Shown here piece by piece: positions 1 through 15,000 of a DNA stretch of 64,000 bases. The translations under genes were made by a program, and so were the position numbers. The notes under the pieces were generated by a model that saw only the letters and a program-made list of their open reading frames with translations, did no database searches and was not told the DNA's origin. Every line of letters begins with the position of its first letter. Positions within the stretch are counted from its first letter, which is position 1. The DNA comes from Eledone cirrhosa (lineage: Eukaryota): contig OZ024761.1 in NCBI GenBank assembly GCA_964016885.1, positions 7,936,001 to 8,000,000 on the forward strand. The letters run 5' to 3'.

Positions 1-3000
1 TCTGTGGCACTGGAATGCATACATGTTAGGATGAGTTATCTCATCTGTGGCACTGGAATGCATACATGTTAGGACGAGTTAGCTCATCTGTGGCACTGGA
101 ATGCATACATATTAGGATGAGTTATCTCATCTGTGGCACTGGAATGCATACATGTTAGGATGAGTTATCTCATCTGTGGCACTGGAATGCATACATGTTA
201 GAACGAGTTATCTCATCTGTGGCACTGGAATGCATACATGTTAGGATGAGTTATCTCATCTGTGGCACTGGAATGCATGCAAGTTAGGATGAGTTATCTC
301 ATCTGTGACACTGGAATGCATGCATGTTAGGATGAGTTAGATCATCTGTGACACTGGAATGCATACATGTTAGGATGAGTTATCTCATCTGTGGCACTGG
401 AATGCATACATATTAGGATGAGTTATCTCATCTGTGGCACTGGAATGCATACATGTTAGGACGAGTTAGCTCATCTGTGACACTGGAATGCATACATGTT
501 AGGACGAGTTATCTCATCTGTGGCACTGGAATGCATACATGTTAGAACAAGTTATCTCATCTGTGGCACTGGAATGCATACGTGTTAGGACGAGTTAGCT
601 CATCTGTGACACTGGAATGCATACATGTTAGGATGAGTTATCTCATCTGTGGCACTGGAATGCATACATGTTAGGATGAGTTATCTCATCTGTGACACTG
701 GAATGCATACATGTTAGGATGAGTTATCTCATCTGTGGCACTGGAATGCATACATGTTAGGATGAGTTATCTCATCTGTGGCACTGGAATGCATACATGT
801 TAGGACGAGTTAGCTCATCTGTGACACTGGAATGCATACATGTTAGGATGAGTTATCTCATCTGTGGCACTGGAATGCATACATGTTAGGACGAGTTATC
901 TCATCTGTGGCACTGGAATGCATACATGTTAGGATGAGTTATCTCATCTGTGGCACTGGAATGCATACATATTAGGATGAGTTATCTCATCTGTGGCACT
1001 GGAATGCATACATGTTAGGACGAGTTAGCTCATCTGTGACACTGGAATGCATACATGTTAGGATGAGTTATCTCATCTGTGGCACTGGAATGCATACATA
1101 TTAGGATGAGTTATCTCATCTGTGGCACTGGAATGCATACATGTTAGGACGAGTTAGATCATCTGTGACACTGGAATGCATACATGTTAGGATGAGTTAT
1201 CTCATCTGTGGCACTGGAATGCATACATGTTAGGATGAGTTATCTCATCTGTGGCACTGGAATGCATACATGTTAGGACGAGTTATCTCTTCTGTGGCAC
1301 TGGAATGCATACATGTTAGAACAAGTTATCTCATCTGTGGCACTGGAATGCATACGTGTTAGGACGAGTTAGCTCATCTGTGACACTGGAATGCATACAT
1401 GTTAGGATGAGTTATCTCATCTGTGGCACTGGAATGCATACATGTTAGGATGAGTTATCTCATTTGTGACACTGGAATGCATACATGTTAGGATGAGTTA
1501 TCTCATCTGTGGCACTGGAATGCATACATGTTAGGATGAGTTATCTCATCTGTGGCACTGGAATGCATACATGTTAGGACGAGTTAGCTCATCTGTGGCA
1601 CTGGAATGCATACATGTTAGGATGAGTTATCTCATCTGTGGCACTGGAATGCATACATGTTAGGACGAGTTATCTCATCTGTGGCACTGGAATGCATACA
1701 TGTTAGGATGAGTTATCTCATCTGTGGCACTGGAATGCATACATGTTAGGATGAGTTATCTCATCTGTGGCACTGGAATGCATACATATTAGGATGAGTT
1801 ATCTCATCTGTGGCACTGGAATGCATACATATTAGGATGAGTTATCTCATCTGTGGCACTGGAATGCATACATGTTAGGACGAGTTAGCTCATCTGTGAC
1901 ACTGGAATGCATACATGTTAGGATGAGTTATCTCATCTGTGGCACTGGAATGCATACATGTTAGGACGAGTTAGTTCATCTGTGGCACTGGAATGCATAC
2001 ATGTTAGGACGAGTTAGCTCATCTGTGGCACTGGAATGCATACATATTAGGACGAGTTATCTCATCTGTGGCACTGGAATGTATACATATTAGGATGAGT
2101 TATCTCATCTGTGGCACTGGAATGCATACATGTTAGGACGAGTTAGCTCATCTGTGACACTGGAATGCATACATGTTAGGATGAGTTATCTCATCTGTGG
2201 CACTGGAATGCATACATGTTAGGACGAGTTATCTCATCTGTGGCACTGGAATGCATACATGTTAGGACGAGTTAGCTCATCTGTGACACTGGAATGCATA
2301 CATATTAGGATGAGTTATCTCATCTGTGGCAATGGAATGCATACATGTTAGGATGAGTTATCTCATCTGTGGCACTGGAATGCATACATGTTAGGACGAG
2401 TTAGCTCATCTGTGACACTGGAATGCATACATGTTAGGATGAGTTATCTCATCTGTGGCACTGGAATGCATACATGTTAGGACGAGTTATCTCATCTGTG
2501 GCACTGGAATGCATACATGTTAGGATGAGTTATCTCATCTGTGGCACTGGAATGCATACATGTTAGGATGAGTTATCTCATCTGTGGCACTGGAATGCAT
2601 GCATGTTAGGATGAGTTATCTCATCTGTGGCACTGGAATGCATGCATGTTAGGATGAGTTATCTCATCTGTGGCACTGGAATGCATACATATTAGGATGA
2701 GTTATCTCATCTGTGGCACTGGAATGCATACATGTTAGGATGAGTTATCTCATCTGTGGCACTGGAATGCATACATGTTAGGATGAGTTTTCTCATCTGT
2801 GGCACTGGAATGCATACATGTTAGGATGAGTTATCTCATCTGTGGCACTGGAATGCATACATGTTAGGACGAGTTAGCTCATCTGTGACACTGGAATGCA
2901 TACATGTTAGGATGAGTTATCTCATCTGTGGCACTGGAATGCATACATGTTAGGACGAGTTATCTCATCTGTGGCACTGGAATGCATACATGTTAGGATG

Positions 3001-6000
3001 AGTTATCTCATCTGTGGCACTGGAATGCATACATATTAGGATGAGTTATCTCATCTGTGGCACTGGAATGCATACATGTTAGGACGAGTTAGCTCATCTG
3101 TGACACTGGAATGCATACATGTTAGGATGAGTTATCTCATCTTTGGCACTGGAATGCATACATATTAGGATGAGTTATCTCATCTGTGGCACTGGAATGC
3201 ATACATGTTAGGACGAGTTAGCTCATCTGTGACACTGGAATCCATACATGTTAGGATGAGTTATCTCATCTGTGGCACTGGAATGCATACATGTTAGGAT
3301 GAGTTATCTTATCTGTGGCATTGGAATGCATACATGTTAGGACGAGTTATCTCATCTGTGGCACTGGAATGCATACATATTAGGATGAGTTATCTCATCT
3401 GTGGCACTGGAATGCATACATGTTAGGACGAGTTAGCTCATCTGTGACACTGGAATGCATACATGTTAGGATGAGTTATCTCATCTGTGGCACTGGAATG
3501 CATACATGTTAGGACGAGTTATCTCTTCTGTGGCACTGGAATGCATACATGTTAGAACAAGTTATCTCATCTGTGGCACTGGAATGCATACGTGTTAGGA
3601 CGAGTTAGCTCATCTGTGACACTGGAATGCATACATGTTAGGATGAGTTATCTCATCTGTGGCACTGGAATGCATACATGTTAGGATGAGTTATCTCATC
3701 TGTGACACTGGAATGCATACATGTTAGGATGAGTTATCTCATCTGTGGCACTGGAATGCATACATGTTAGGATGAGTTATCTCATCTGTGGCATTGGAAT
3801 GCATACATGTTAGGACGAGTTAGCTCATCTGTGGCACTGGAATGCATACATGTTAGGATGAGTTATCTCATCTGTGGCACTGGAATGCATACATGTTAGG
3901 ACGAGTTATCTCATCTGTGGCACTGGAATGCATACATGTTAGGATGAGTTATCTCATCTGTGGCACAGGAATGCATACATATTAGGATGAGTTATCTCAT
4001 CTGTGGCACTGGAATGCATACATATTAGGATGAGTTATCTCATCTGTGGCACTGTAATGCATACATGTTAGGACGAGTTAGCTCATCTGTGACACTGGAA
4101 TGCATACATGTTAGGATGAGTTATCTCATCTGTGGCACTGGAATGCATGCATGTTAGGATGAGTTATCTCATCTGTGGCACTGGAATGCATGCATGTTAG
4201 GATGAGTTATCTCATCTGTGGCACTGGAATGCATGCATGTTAGGATGAGTTATCTCATCTGTGGCACTGGAATGCATACATGTTAGGACGAGTTATCTCA
4301 TCTGTGGCACTGGAATGCATACATGTTAGGATGAGTTATCTCATCTGTGGCACTGGAATGCATACATATTAGGATGAGTTATCTCATCTGTGGCACTGGA
4401 ATGCATACATGTTAGGACGAGTTAGCTCATCTGTGACACTGGAATGCATACATGTTAGGATGAGTTATCTCAACTGTGGCACTGGAATGCATACATATTA
4501 GGATGAGTTATCTCATCTGTGGCACTGGAATGCATACATGTTAGGACGAGTTATCTCATCTGTGGCACTCGAATGCATACATGTTAGGATGAGTTATCTT
4601 ATCTGTGGCATTGGAATGCATACATGTTAGGACGAGTTATCTCATCTGTGGCACTGGAATGCATACATATTAGGATGAGTTATCTCATCTGTGGCACTGG
4701 AATGCATACATGTTAGGACGAGTTAGCTCATCTGTGACACTGGAATGCATACATGTTAGGATGAGTTATCTCATCTGTGGCACTGGAATGCATACATGTT
4801 AGGACAAGTTATCTCTTCTGTGGCACTGGAATGCATACATGTTAGAACAAGTTATCTCATCTGTGGCACTGGAATGCATACGTGTTAGGACGAGTTAGCT
4901 CATCTGTGACACTGGAATGCATACATGTTAGGATGAGTTATCTCATCTGTGGCACTGGAATGCATACATGTTAGGATGAGTTATCTCATCTGTGACACTG
5001 GAATGCATACATGTTAGGATGAGTTATCTCATCTGTGGCACTGGAATGCATACATGTTAGGATGAGTTATCTCATCTGTGGCACTGGAATGCATACATGT
5101 TAGGACGAGTTAGCTCATCTGTGGCACTGGAATGCATACATGTTAGGATGAGTTATCTCATCTGTGGCACTGGAATGCATACATGTTAGGACGAGTTATC
5201 TCATCTGTGGCACTGGAATGCATACATGTTAGGATGAGTTATCTCATCTGTGGCACTGGAATGCATACATATTAGGATGAGTATCTCATCTGTGGCACTG
5301 TAATGCATACATGTTAGGACGAGTTAGCTCATCTGTGACACTGGAATGCATACATGTTAGGATGAGTTATCTCATCTGTGGCACTGGAATGCATACATGT
5401 TAGGACGAGTTAGTTCATCTGTGGCACTGGAATGCATACATGTTAGGACGAGTTAGCTCATCTGTGGCACTGGAATGCATACATATTAGGACGAGTTATC
5501 TCATCTATGGCACTGGAATGTATACATATTAGGATGAGTTATCTCATCTGTGGCACTGGAATGCATACATGTTAGGACGAGTTAACTCATCTGTGACACT
5601 GGAATTCATACATGTTAGGATGAGTTATCTCATCTGTGGCACTGGAATGCATACATGTTAGGACGAGTTATCTCATCTGTGGCACTGGAATGCATACATG
5701 TTAGGACGAGTTAGCTCATCTGTGACACTGGAATGCATACATATTAGGATGAGTTATCTCATCTGTGGCACTGGAATGCATACATGTTAGGATGAGTTAG
5801 CTCATCTGTGGCACTGGAATGCATACATGTTAGGATGAGTTACCTCAACTGTGGCACTGGAATGCATACATGTTAGGATGAGTTATCTCATCTGTGGCAC
5901 TGGAATGCATACATGTTAGGACGAGTTATCTCATCTGTGGCACTGGAATGCATACATGTTAGAACGAGTTATCTCATCTGTGGCACTGGAATGCATACAT

Positions 6001-9000
6001 GTTAGGACGAGTTAGCTCATCTGTGGCACTGGAATGCATACATGTTAGGACGAGTTAGCTCATCTGTGACACTGGAATGCATACATATTAGGATGAGTTA
6101 TCTCATCTGTGGCACTGGAATGCATACATGTTAGGACGAGTTATCTCATCTGTGGCACTGGAATGCATACATGTTAGGATGAGTTATCTCATCTGTGGCA
6201 CTGGAATGCATACATGTTAGGACGAGTTAGCTCATCTGTGGCACTAGAATGCATACATATTAGGATGAGTTATCTCATCTGTGGCACTGGAATGCATACA
6301 TGTTAGGACGAGTTATCTCATCTGTGGCACTGGAATGCATACATGTTAGGACGAGTTAGCTCATCTGTGGCACCTGAATGCATACATATTAGGATGAGTT
6401 ATCTCATCTGTGTCACTGGAATGCATACATGTTAGGATGAGTTATCTCATCTGTGGCACTGGAATGCATACATGTTAGAACGAGTTATCTCATCTGTGGC
6501 ACTGGAATGCATACATGTTAGGACGAGTTAGCTCATCTGTGGCACTGGAATGCATACATGTTAGGATGAGTTATCTCATCTGTGGCACTGGAATGCATAC
6601 ATGTTAGGACGAGTTATCTCATCTGTGGCACTGGAATGCATACATGTTAGGATGAGTTATCTCATCTGTGGCACTGGAATGCATACATGTTAGGATGAGT
6701 TATCTCATCTGTGGCACTGGAATGCATACATATTAGGATGAGTTATCTCATCTGTGGCACTGGAATGCATACATATTAGGATGAGTTATCTCATCTGTGG
6801 CACTGGAATGCATACATGTTAGGACGAGTTAGCTCATCTGTGACACTGGAATGCATACATGTTAGGATGAGTTATCTCATCTGTGGCACTGGAATGCATA
6901 CATGTTAGGACGAGTTAGTTCATCTGTGGCACTGGAATGCATACATGTTAGGACGAGTTAGCTCATCTGTGGCACTGGAATGCATACATATTAGGACGAG
7001 TTATCTCATCTGTGGCACTGGAATGTATACATATTAGGATGAGTTATCTCATCTGTGGCACTGGAATGCATACATGTTAGGACGAGTTATCTCATCTGTG
7101 GCACTGGAATGCATACATGTTAGGACGAGTTAGCTCATCTGTGACACTGGAATGCATACATATTAGGATGAGTTATCTCATCTGTGGCAATGGAATGCAT
7201 ACATGTTAGGATGAGTTATCTCATCTGTGGCACTGGAATGCATACATGTTAGGACGAGTTAGCTCATCTGTGACACTGGAATGCATACATGTTAGGATGA
7301 GTTATCTCATCTGTGGCACTGGAATGCATACATGTTAGGACGAGTTATCTCATCTGTGGCACTGGAATGCATACATGTTAGGATGAGTTATCTCATCTGT
7401 GGCACTGGAATGCATACATGTTAGGATGAGTTATCTCATCTGTGGCACTGGAATGCATGCATGTTAGGATGAGTTATCTCATCTGTGGCACTGGAATGCA
7501 TGCATGTTAGGAGGAGTTATCTCATCTGTGGCACTGGAATGCATACATATTAGGATGAGTTATCTCATCTGTGGCACTGGAATGCATACATGTTAGGATG
7601 AGTTATCTCATCTGTGGCACTGGAATGCATACATGTTAGGATGAGTTTTCTCATCTGTGGCACTGGAATGCATACATGTTAGGATGAGTTATCTCATCTG
7701 TGGCACTGGAATGCATACATGTTAGGACGAGTTAGCTCATCTGTGACACTGGAATGCATACATGTTAGGATGAGTTATCTCATCTGTGGCACTGGAATGC
7801 ATACATGTTAGGACGAGTTATCTCATCTGTGGCACTGGAATGCATACATGTTAGGATGAGTTATCTCATCTGTGGCACTGGAATACATACATATTAGGAT
7901 GAGTTATCTCATCTGTGGCACTGGAATGCATACATGTTAGGACGAGTTAGCTCATCTGTGACACTGGAATGCATACATGTTAGGATGAGTTATCTCATCT
8001 GTGGCACTGGAATGCATACATATTAGGATGAGTTATCTCATCTGTGGCACTGGAATGCATACATGTTAGGACGAGTTAGCTCATCTGTGACACTGGAATG
8101 CATACATGTTAGGATGAGTTATCTCATCTGTGGCACTGGAATGCATACATGTTAGGATGAGTTATCTTATCTGTGGCATTGGAATGCATACATGTTAGGA
8201 CGAGTTATCTCATCTGTGGCACTGGAATGCATACATATTAGGATGAGTTATCTCATCTGTGGCACTGGAATGCATACATGTTAGGACGAGTTAGCTCATC
8301 TGTGACACGAATGCATACATGTTAGGATGAGTTATCTCATCTGTGGCACTGGAATGCATACATGTTAGGACGAGTTATCTCTTCTGTGGCACTGGAATGC
8401 ATACATGTTAGAACAAGTTATCTCATCTGTGGCACTGGAATGCATACGTGTTAGGACGAGTTAGCTCATCTGTGACACTGGAATGCATACATGTTAGGAT
8501 GAGTTATCTCATCTGTGGCACTGGAATGCATACATGTTAGGATGAGTTATCTCATCTGTGACACTGGAATGCATACATGTTAGGATGAGTTATCTCATCT
8601 GTGGCACTGGAATGCATACATGTTAGGATGAGTTATCTCATCTGTGGCATTGGAATGCATACATGTTAGGACGAGTTAGCTCATCTGTGGCACTGGAATG
8701 CATACATGTTAGGATGAGTTATCTCATCTGTGGCACTGGAATGCATACATGTTAGGACGAGTTATCTCATCTGTGGCACTGGAATGCATACATGTTAGGA
8801 TGAGTTATCTCATCTGTGGCACAGGAATGCATACATATTAGGATGAGTTATCTCATCTGTGGCACTGGAATGCATACATATTAGGATGAGTTATCTCATC
8901 TGTGGCACTGTAATGCATACATGTTAGGACGAGTTAGCTCATCTGTGACACTGGAATGCATACATGTTAGGATGAGTTATCTCATCTGTGGCACTGGAAT

Positions 9001-12000
9001 GCATGCATGTTAGGATGAGTTATTTCATCTGTGGCACTGGAATGCATGCATGTTAGGATGAGTTATCTCATCTGTGGCACTGGAATGCATGCATGTTAGG
9101 ATGAGTTATCTCATCTGTGGCACTGGAATGCATACATATTAGGATGAGTTATCTCATCTGTGGCACTGGAATGCATACATGTTAGGATGAGTTATCTCAT
9201 CTGTGGCACTGGAATGCATACATGTTAGGATGAGTTATCTCATCTGTGGCACTGGAATGCATACATGTTAGGATGAGTTATCTCATCTGTGGCACTGGAA
9301 TGCATACATGTTAGGACGAGTTAGCTCATCTGTGACACTGGAATGCATACATGTTAGGATGAGTTATCTCATCTGTGGCACTGGAATGCATACATGTTAG
9401 GACGAGTTATCTCATCTGTGGCACTGGAATGCATACATGTTAGGATGAGTTATCTCATCTGTGGCACTGGAATGCATACATATTAGGATGAGTTATCTCA
9501 TCTGTGGCACTGGAATGCATACATGTTAGGACGAGTTAGCTCATCTGTGACACTGGAATGCATACATGTTAGGATGAGTTATCTCAACTGTGGCACTGGA
9601 ATGCATACATATTAGGATGAGTTATCTCATCTGTGGCACTGGAATGCATACATGTTAGGACGAGTTATCTCATCTGTGGCACTCGAATGCATACATGTTA
9701 GGATGAGTTATCTTATCTGTGGCATTGGAATGCATACATGTTAGGATGAGTTATCTCATCTGTGGCACTGGAATGCATACATATTAGGATGAGTTATCTC
9801 ATCTGTGGCACTGGAATGCATACATGTTAGGACGAGTTAGCTCATCTGTGACACTGGAATGCATACATGTTAGGATGAGTTATCTCATCTGTGGCACTGG
9901 AATGCATACATGTTAGGACGAGTTATCTCTTCTGTGGCACTGGAATGCATACATGTTAGAACAAGTTATCTCATCTGTGGCACTGGAATGCATACGTGTT
10001 AGGACGAGTTAGCTCATCTGTGACACTGGAATGCATACATGTTAGGATGAGTTATCTCATCTGTGGCACTGGAATGCATACATGTTAGGATGAGTTATCT
10101 CATCTGTGACACTGGAATGCATACATGTTAGGATGAGTTATCTCATCTGTGGCACTGGAATGCATACATGTTAGGATGAGTTATCTCATCTGTGGCACTG
10201 GAATGCATACATGTTAGGACGAGTTAGCTCATCTGTGGCACTGGAATGCATACATGTTAGGATGAGTTATCTCATCTGTGGCACTGGAATGCATACATGT
10301 TAGGACGAGTTATCTCATCTGTGGCACTGGAATGCATACATGTTAGGATGAGTTATCTCATCTGTGGCACTGGAATGCATACATATTAGGATGAGTATCT
10401 CATCTGTGGCACTGTAATGCATACATGTTAGGACGAGTTAGCTCATCTGTGACACTGGAATGCATACATGTTAGGATGAGTTATCTCATCTGTGGCACTG
10501 GAATGCATACATGTTAGGACGAGTTAGTTCATCTGTGGCACTGGAATGCATACATGTTAGGACGAGTTAGCTCATCTGTGGCACTGGAATGCATACATAT
10601 TAGGACGAGTTATCTCATCTGTGGCACTGGAATGTATACATATTAGGATGAGTTATCTCATCTGTGGCACTGGAATGCATACATGTTAGGACGAGTTAAC
10701 TCATCTGTGACACTGGAATGCATACATGTTAGGATGAGTTATCTCATCTGTGGCACTGGAATGCATACATGTTAGGACGAGTTATCTCATCTGTGGCACT
10801 GGAATGCATACATGTTAGGACGAGTTAGCTCATCTGTGACACTGGAATGCATACATATTAGGATGAGTTATCTCATCTGTGGCACTGGAATGCATACATG
10901 TTAGGATGAGTTAGCTCATCTGTGGCACTGGAATGCATACATGTTAGGATGAGTTACCTCAACTGTGGCACTGGAATGCATACATGTTAGGATGAGTTAT
11001 CTCATCTGTGGCACTGGAATGCATACATGTTAGGACGAGTTATCTCATATGTGGCACTGGAATGCATACATGTTAGAACGAGTTATCTCATCTGTGGCAC
11101 TGGAATGCATACATGTTAGGACGAGTTAGCTCATCTGTGGCACTGGAATGCATACATGTTAGGACGAGTTAGCTCATCTGTGACACTGGAATGCATACAT
11201 ATTAGGATGAGTTATCTCATCTGTGGCACTGGAATGCATACATGTTAGGACGAGTTATCTCATCTGTGGCACTGGAATGCATACATGTTAGGATGAGTTA
11301 TCTCATCTGTGGCACTGGAATGCATACATGTTAGGACGAGTTAGCTCATCTGTGGCACTAGAATGCATACATATTAGGATGAGTTATCTCATCTGTGGCA
11401 CTGGAATGCATACATGTTAGGACGAGTTATCTCATCTGTGGCACTGGAATGCATACATGTTAGGACGAGTTAGCTCATCTGTGGCACTGGAATGCATACA
11501 TATTAGGATGAGTTATCTCATCTGTGTCACTGGAATGCATACATGTTAGGATGAGTTATCTCATCTGTGGCACTGGAATGCATACATGTTAGAACGAGTT
11601 ATCTCATCTGTGGCACTGGAATGCATACATGTTAGGATGAGTTATCTCATCTGTGGCACTGGAATGCATGCATGTTAGGATGAGTTATCTCATCTGTGGC
11701 ACTGGAATGCATGCATGTGAGGATGAGTTATCTCATCTGTGGCACTGGAATGCATGCATGTTAGGATGAGTTATCTCATCTGTGGCACTGGAATGCATAC
11801 ATATTAGGATGAGTTATCTCATCTGTGGCACTGGAATGCATACATGTTAGGATGAGTTATCTCATCTGTGGCACTGGAATGCATACATGTTAGGATGAGT
11901 TATCTCATCTGTGGCACTGGAATGCATACATGTTAGGATGAGTTATCTCATCTGTGGCACTGGAATGCATACATGTTAGGACGAGTTAGCTCATCTGTGA

Positions 12001-15000
12001 CACTGGAATGCATACATGTTAGGATGAGTTATCTCATCTGTGGCACTGGAATGCATACATGTTAGGACGAGTTATCTCATCTGTGGCACTGGAATGCATA
12101 CATGTTAGGATGAGTTATCTCATCTGTGGCACTGGAATGCATACATATTAGGATGAGTTATCTCATCTGTGGCACTGGAATGCATACATGTTAGGACGAG
12201 TTATCTCATCTGTGACACTGGAATGCATACATGTTAGGATGAGTTATCTCATCTGTGGCACTGGAATGCATACATATTAGGATGAGTTATCTCATCTGTG
12301 GCACTGGAATGCATACATGTTAGGACGAGTTAGCTCATCTGTGACACTGGAATGCATACATGTTAGGATGAGTTATCTCATCTGTGGCACTGGAATGCAT
12401 AAATGTTAGGATGAGTTATCTCATCTGTGGCATTGGAATGCATACATGTTAGGACGAGTTATCTCATCTGTGGCACTGGAATGCATACATATTAGGATGA
12501 GTTATCTCATCTGTGGCACTGGAATGCATACATGTTAGGATGAGTTATCTCATCTGTGGCACTGGAATGCATACATGTTAGGACGAGTTATCTCATCTGT
12601 GGCACTGGAATGCATACATGTTAGGACGAGTTAGCTCATCTGTGACACTGGAATGCATACATGTTAGGATGAGTTATCTCATCTGTGGCACTGGAATGCA
12701 TACATGTTAGGACGAGTTATCTCTTCTGTGGCACTGGAATGCATACATGTTAGAACAAGTTATCTCATCTGTGGCACTGGAATGCATACGTGTTAGGACG
12801 AGTTAGCTCATCTGTGACACTGGAATGCATACATGTTAGGATGAGTTATCTCATCTGTGGCACTGGAATGCATACATATTAGGATGAGTTATCTCATCTG
12901 TGGCACTGGAATGCATACATATTAGGATGAGTTATCTCATCTGTGGCACTGGAATGCATACATGTTAGGATGAGTTATCTCATCTGTGGCACTGGAATGC
13001 ATACATGTTAGGACGAGTTAGCTCATCTGTGGCACTGGAATGCATACATGTTAGGATGAGTTATCTCATCTGTGGCACTGGAATGCATACATGTTAGGAC
13101 GAGTTATCTCATCTGTGGCACTGGAATGCATACATGTTAGGATGAGTTATCTCATCTGTGGCACTGGAATGCATACATATTAGGATGAGTTATCTCATCT
13201 GTGGCACTGGAATGCATACATATTAGGATGAGTTATCTCATCTGTGGCACTGGAATGCATACATGTTAGGACGAGTTAGCTCATCTGTGACACTGGAATG
13301 CATACATGTTAGGATGAGTTATCTCATCTGTGGCACTGGAATGCATACATGTTAGGACGAGTTAGTTCATCTGTGGCACTGGATTGCATACATGTTAGGA
13401 CGAGTTAGCTCATCTGTGGCACTGGAATGCATACATATTAGGACGAGTTATCTCATCTGTGGCACTGGAATGTATACATATTAGGATGAGTTATCTCATC
13501 TGTGGCACTGGAATGCATACATGTTAGGACGAGTTAGCTCATCTGTGACACTGGAATGCATACATGTTAGGATGAGTTATCTCATCTGTGGCAGTGGAAT
13601 GCATACATGTTAGGACGAGTTATCTCATCTGTGGCACTGGAATGCATACATGTTAGGACGAGTTAGCTCATCTGTGACACTGGAATGCATACATACTAGG
13701 ATGAGTTATCTCATCTGTGGCACTGGAATGCATACATGTTAGGATGAGTTATCTCATCTGTGGCACTGGAATGCATACATGTTAGGATGAGTTACCTCAA
13801 CTGTGGCACTGGAATGCATACATGTTAGGATGAGTTATCTCATCTGTGGCACTGGAATGCATACATGTTAGGACGAGTTATCTCATCTGTGGCACTGGAA
13901 TGCATACATGTTAGAACGAGTTATCTCATCTGTGGCACTGGAATGCATACATGTTAGGACGAGTTAGCTCATCTGTGACACTGGAATGCATACATGTTAG
14001 GATGAGTTATCTCATCTGTGGCACTGGAATGCATACATGTTAGGACGAGTTATCTCATCTGTGGCACTGGAATGCATACATGTTAGGATGAGTTATCTCA
14101 TCTGTGGCACTGGAATGCATACATATTAGGATGAGTTATCTCATCTGTGGCACTGGAATGCATACATGTTAGGACGAGTTATCTCATCTGTGACACTGGA
14201 ATGCATACATGTTAGGATGAGTTATCTCATCTGTGGCACTGGAATGCATACATATTAGGATGAGTTATCTCATCTGTGGCACTGGAATGCATACATGTTA
14301 GGACGAGTTAGCTCATCTGTGACACTGGAATGCATACATGTTAGGATGAGTTATCTCATCTGTGGCACTGGAATGCATAAATGTTAGGATGAGTTATCTC
14401 ATCTGTGGCATTGGAATGCATACATGTTAGGACGAGTTATCTCATCTGTGGCACTGGAATGCATACATATTAGGATGAGTTATCTCATCTGTGGCACTGG
14501 AATGCATACATGTTAGGATGAGTTATCTCATCTGTGGCACTGGAATGCATACATGTTAGGACGAGTTATCTCATCTGTGGCACTGGAATGCATACATGTT
14601 AGGACGAGTTAGCTCATCTGTGACACTGGAATGCATACATGTTAGGATGAGTTATCTCATCTGTGGCACTGGAATGCATACATGTTAGGACGAGTTATCT
14701 CTTCTGTGGCACTGGAATGCATACATGTTAGAACAAGTTATCTCATCTGTGGCACTGGAATGCATACGTGTTAGGACGAGTTAGCTCATCTGTGACACTG
14801 GAATGCATACATGTTAGGACGAGTTAGCTCATCTGTGACACTGGAATGCATACATGTTAGGATGAGTTATCTCATCTGTGGCACTGGAATGCATACATAT
14901 TAGGATGAGTTATCTCATCTGTGGCACTGGAATGCATACATGTTAGGATGAGTTATCTCATCTGTGGCACTGGAATGCATACATGTTAGGACGAGTTAGC

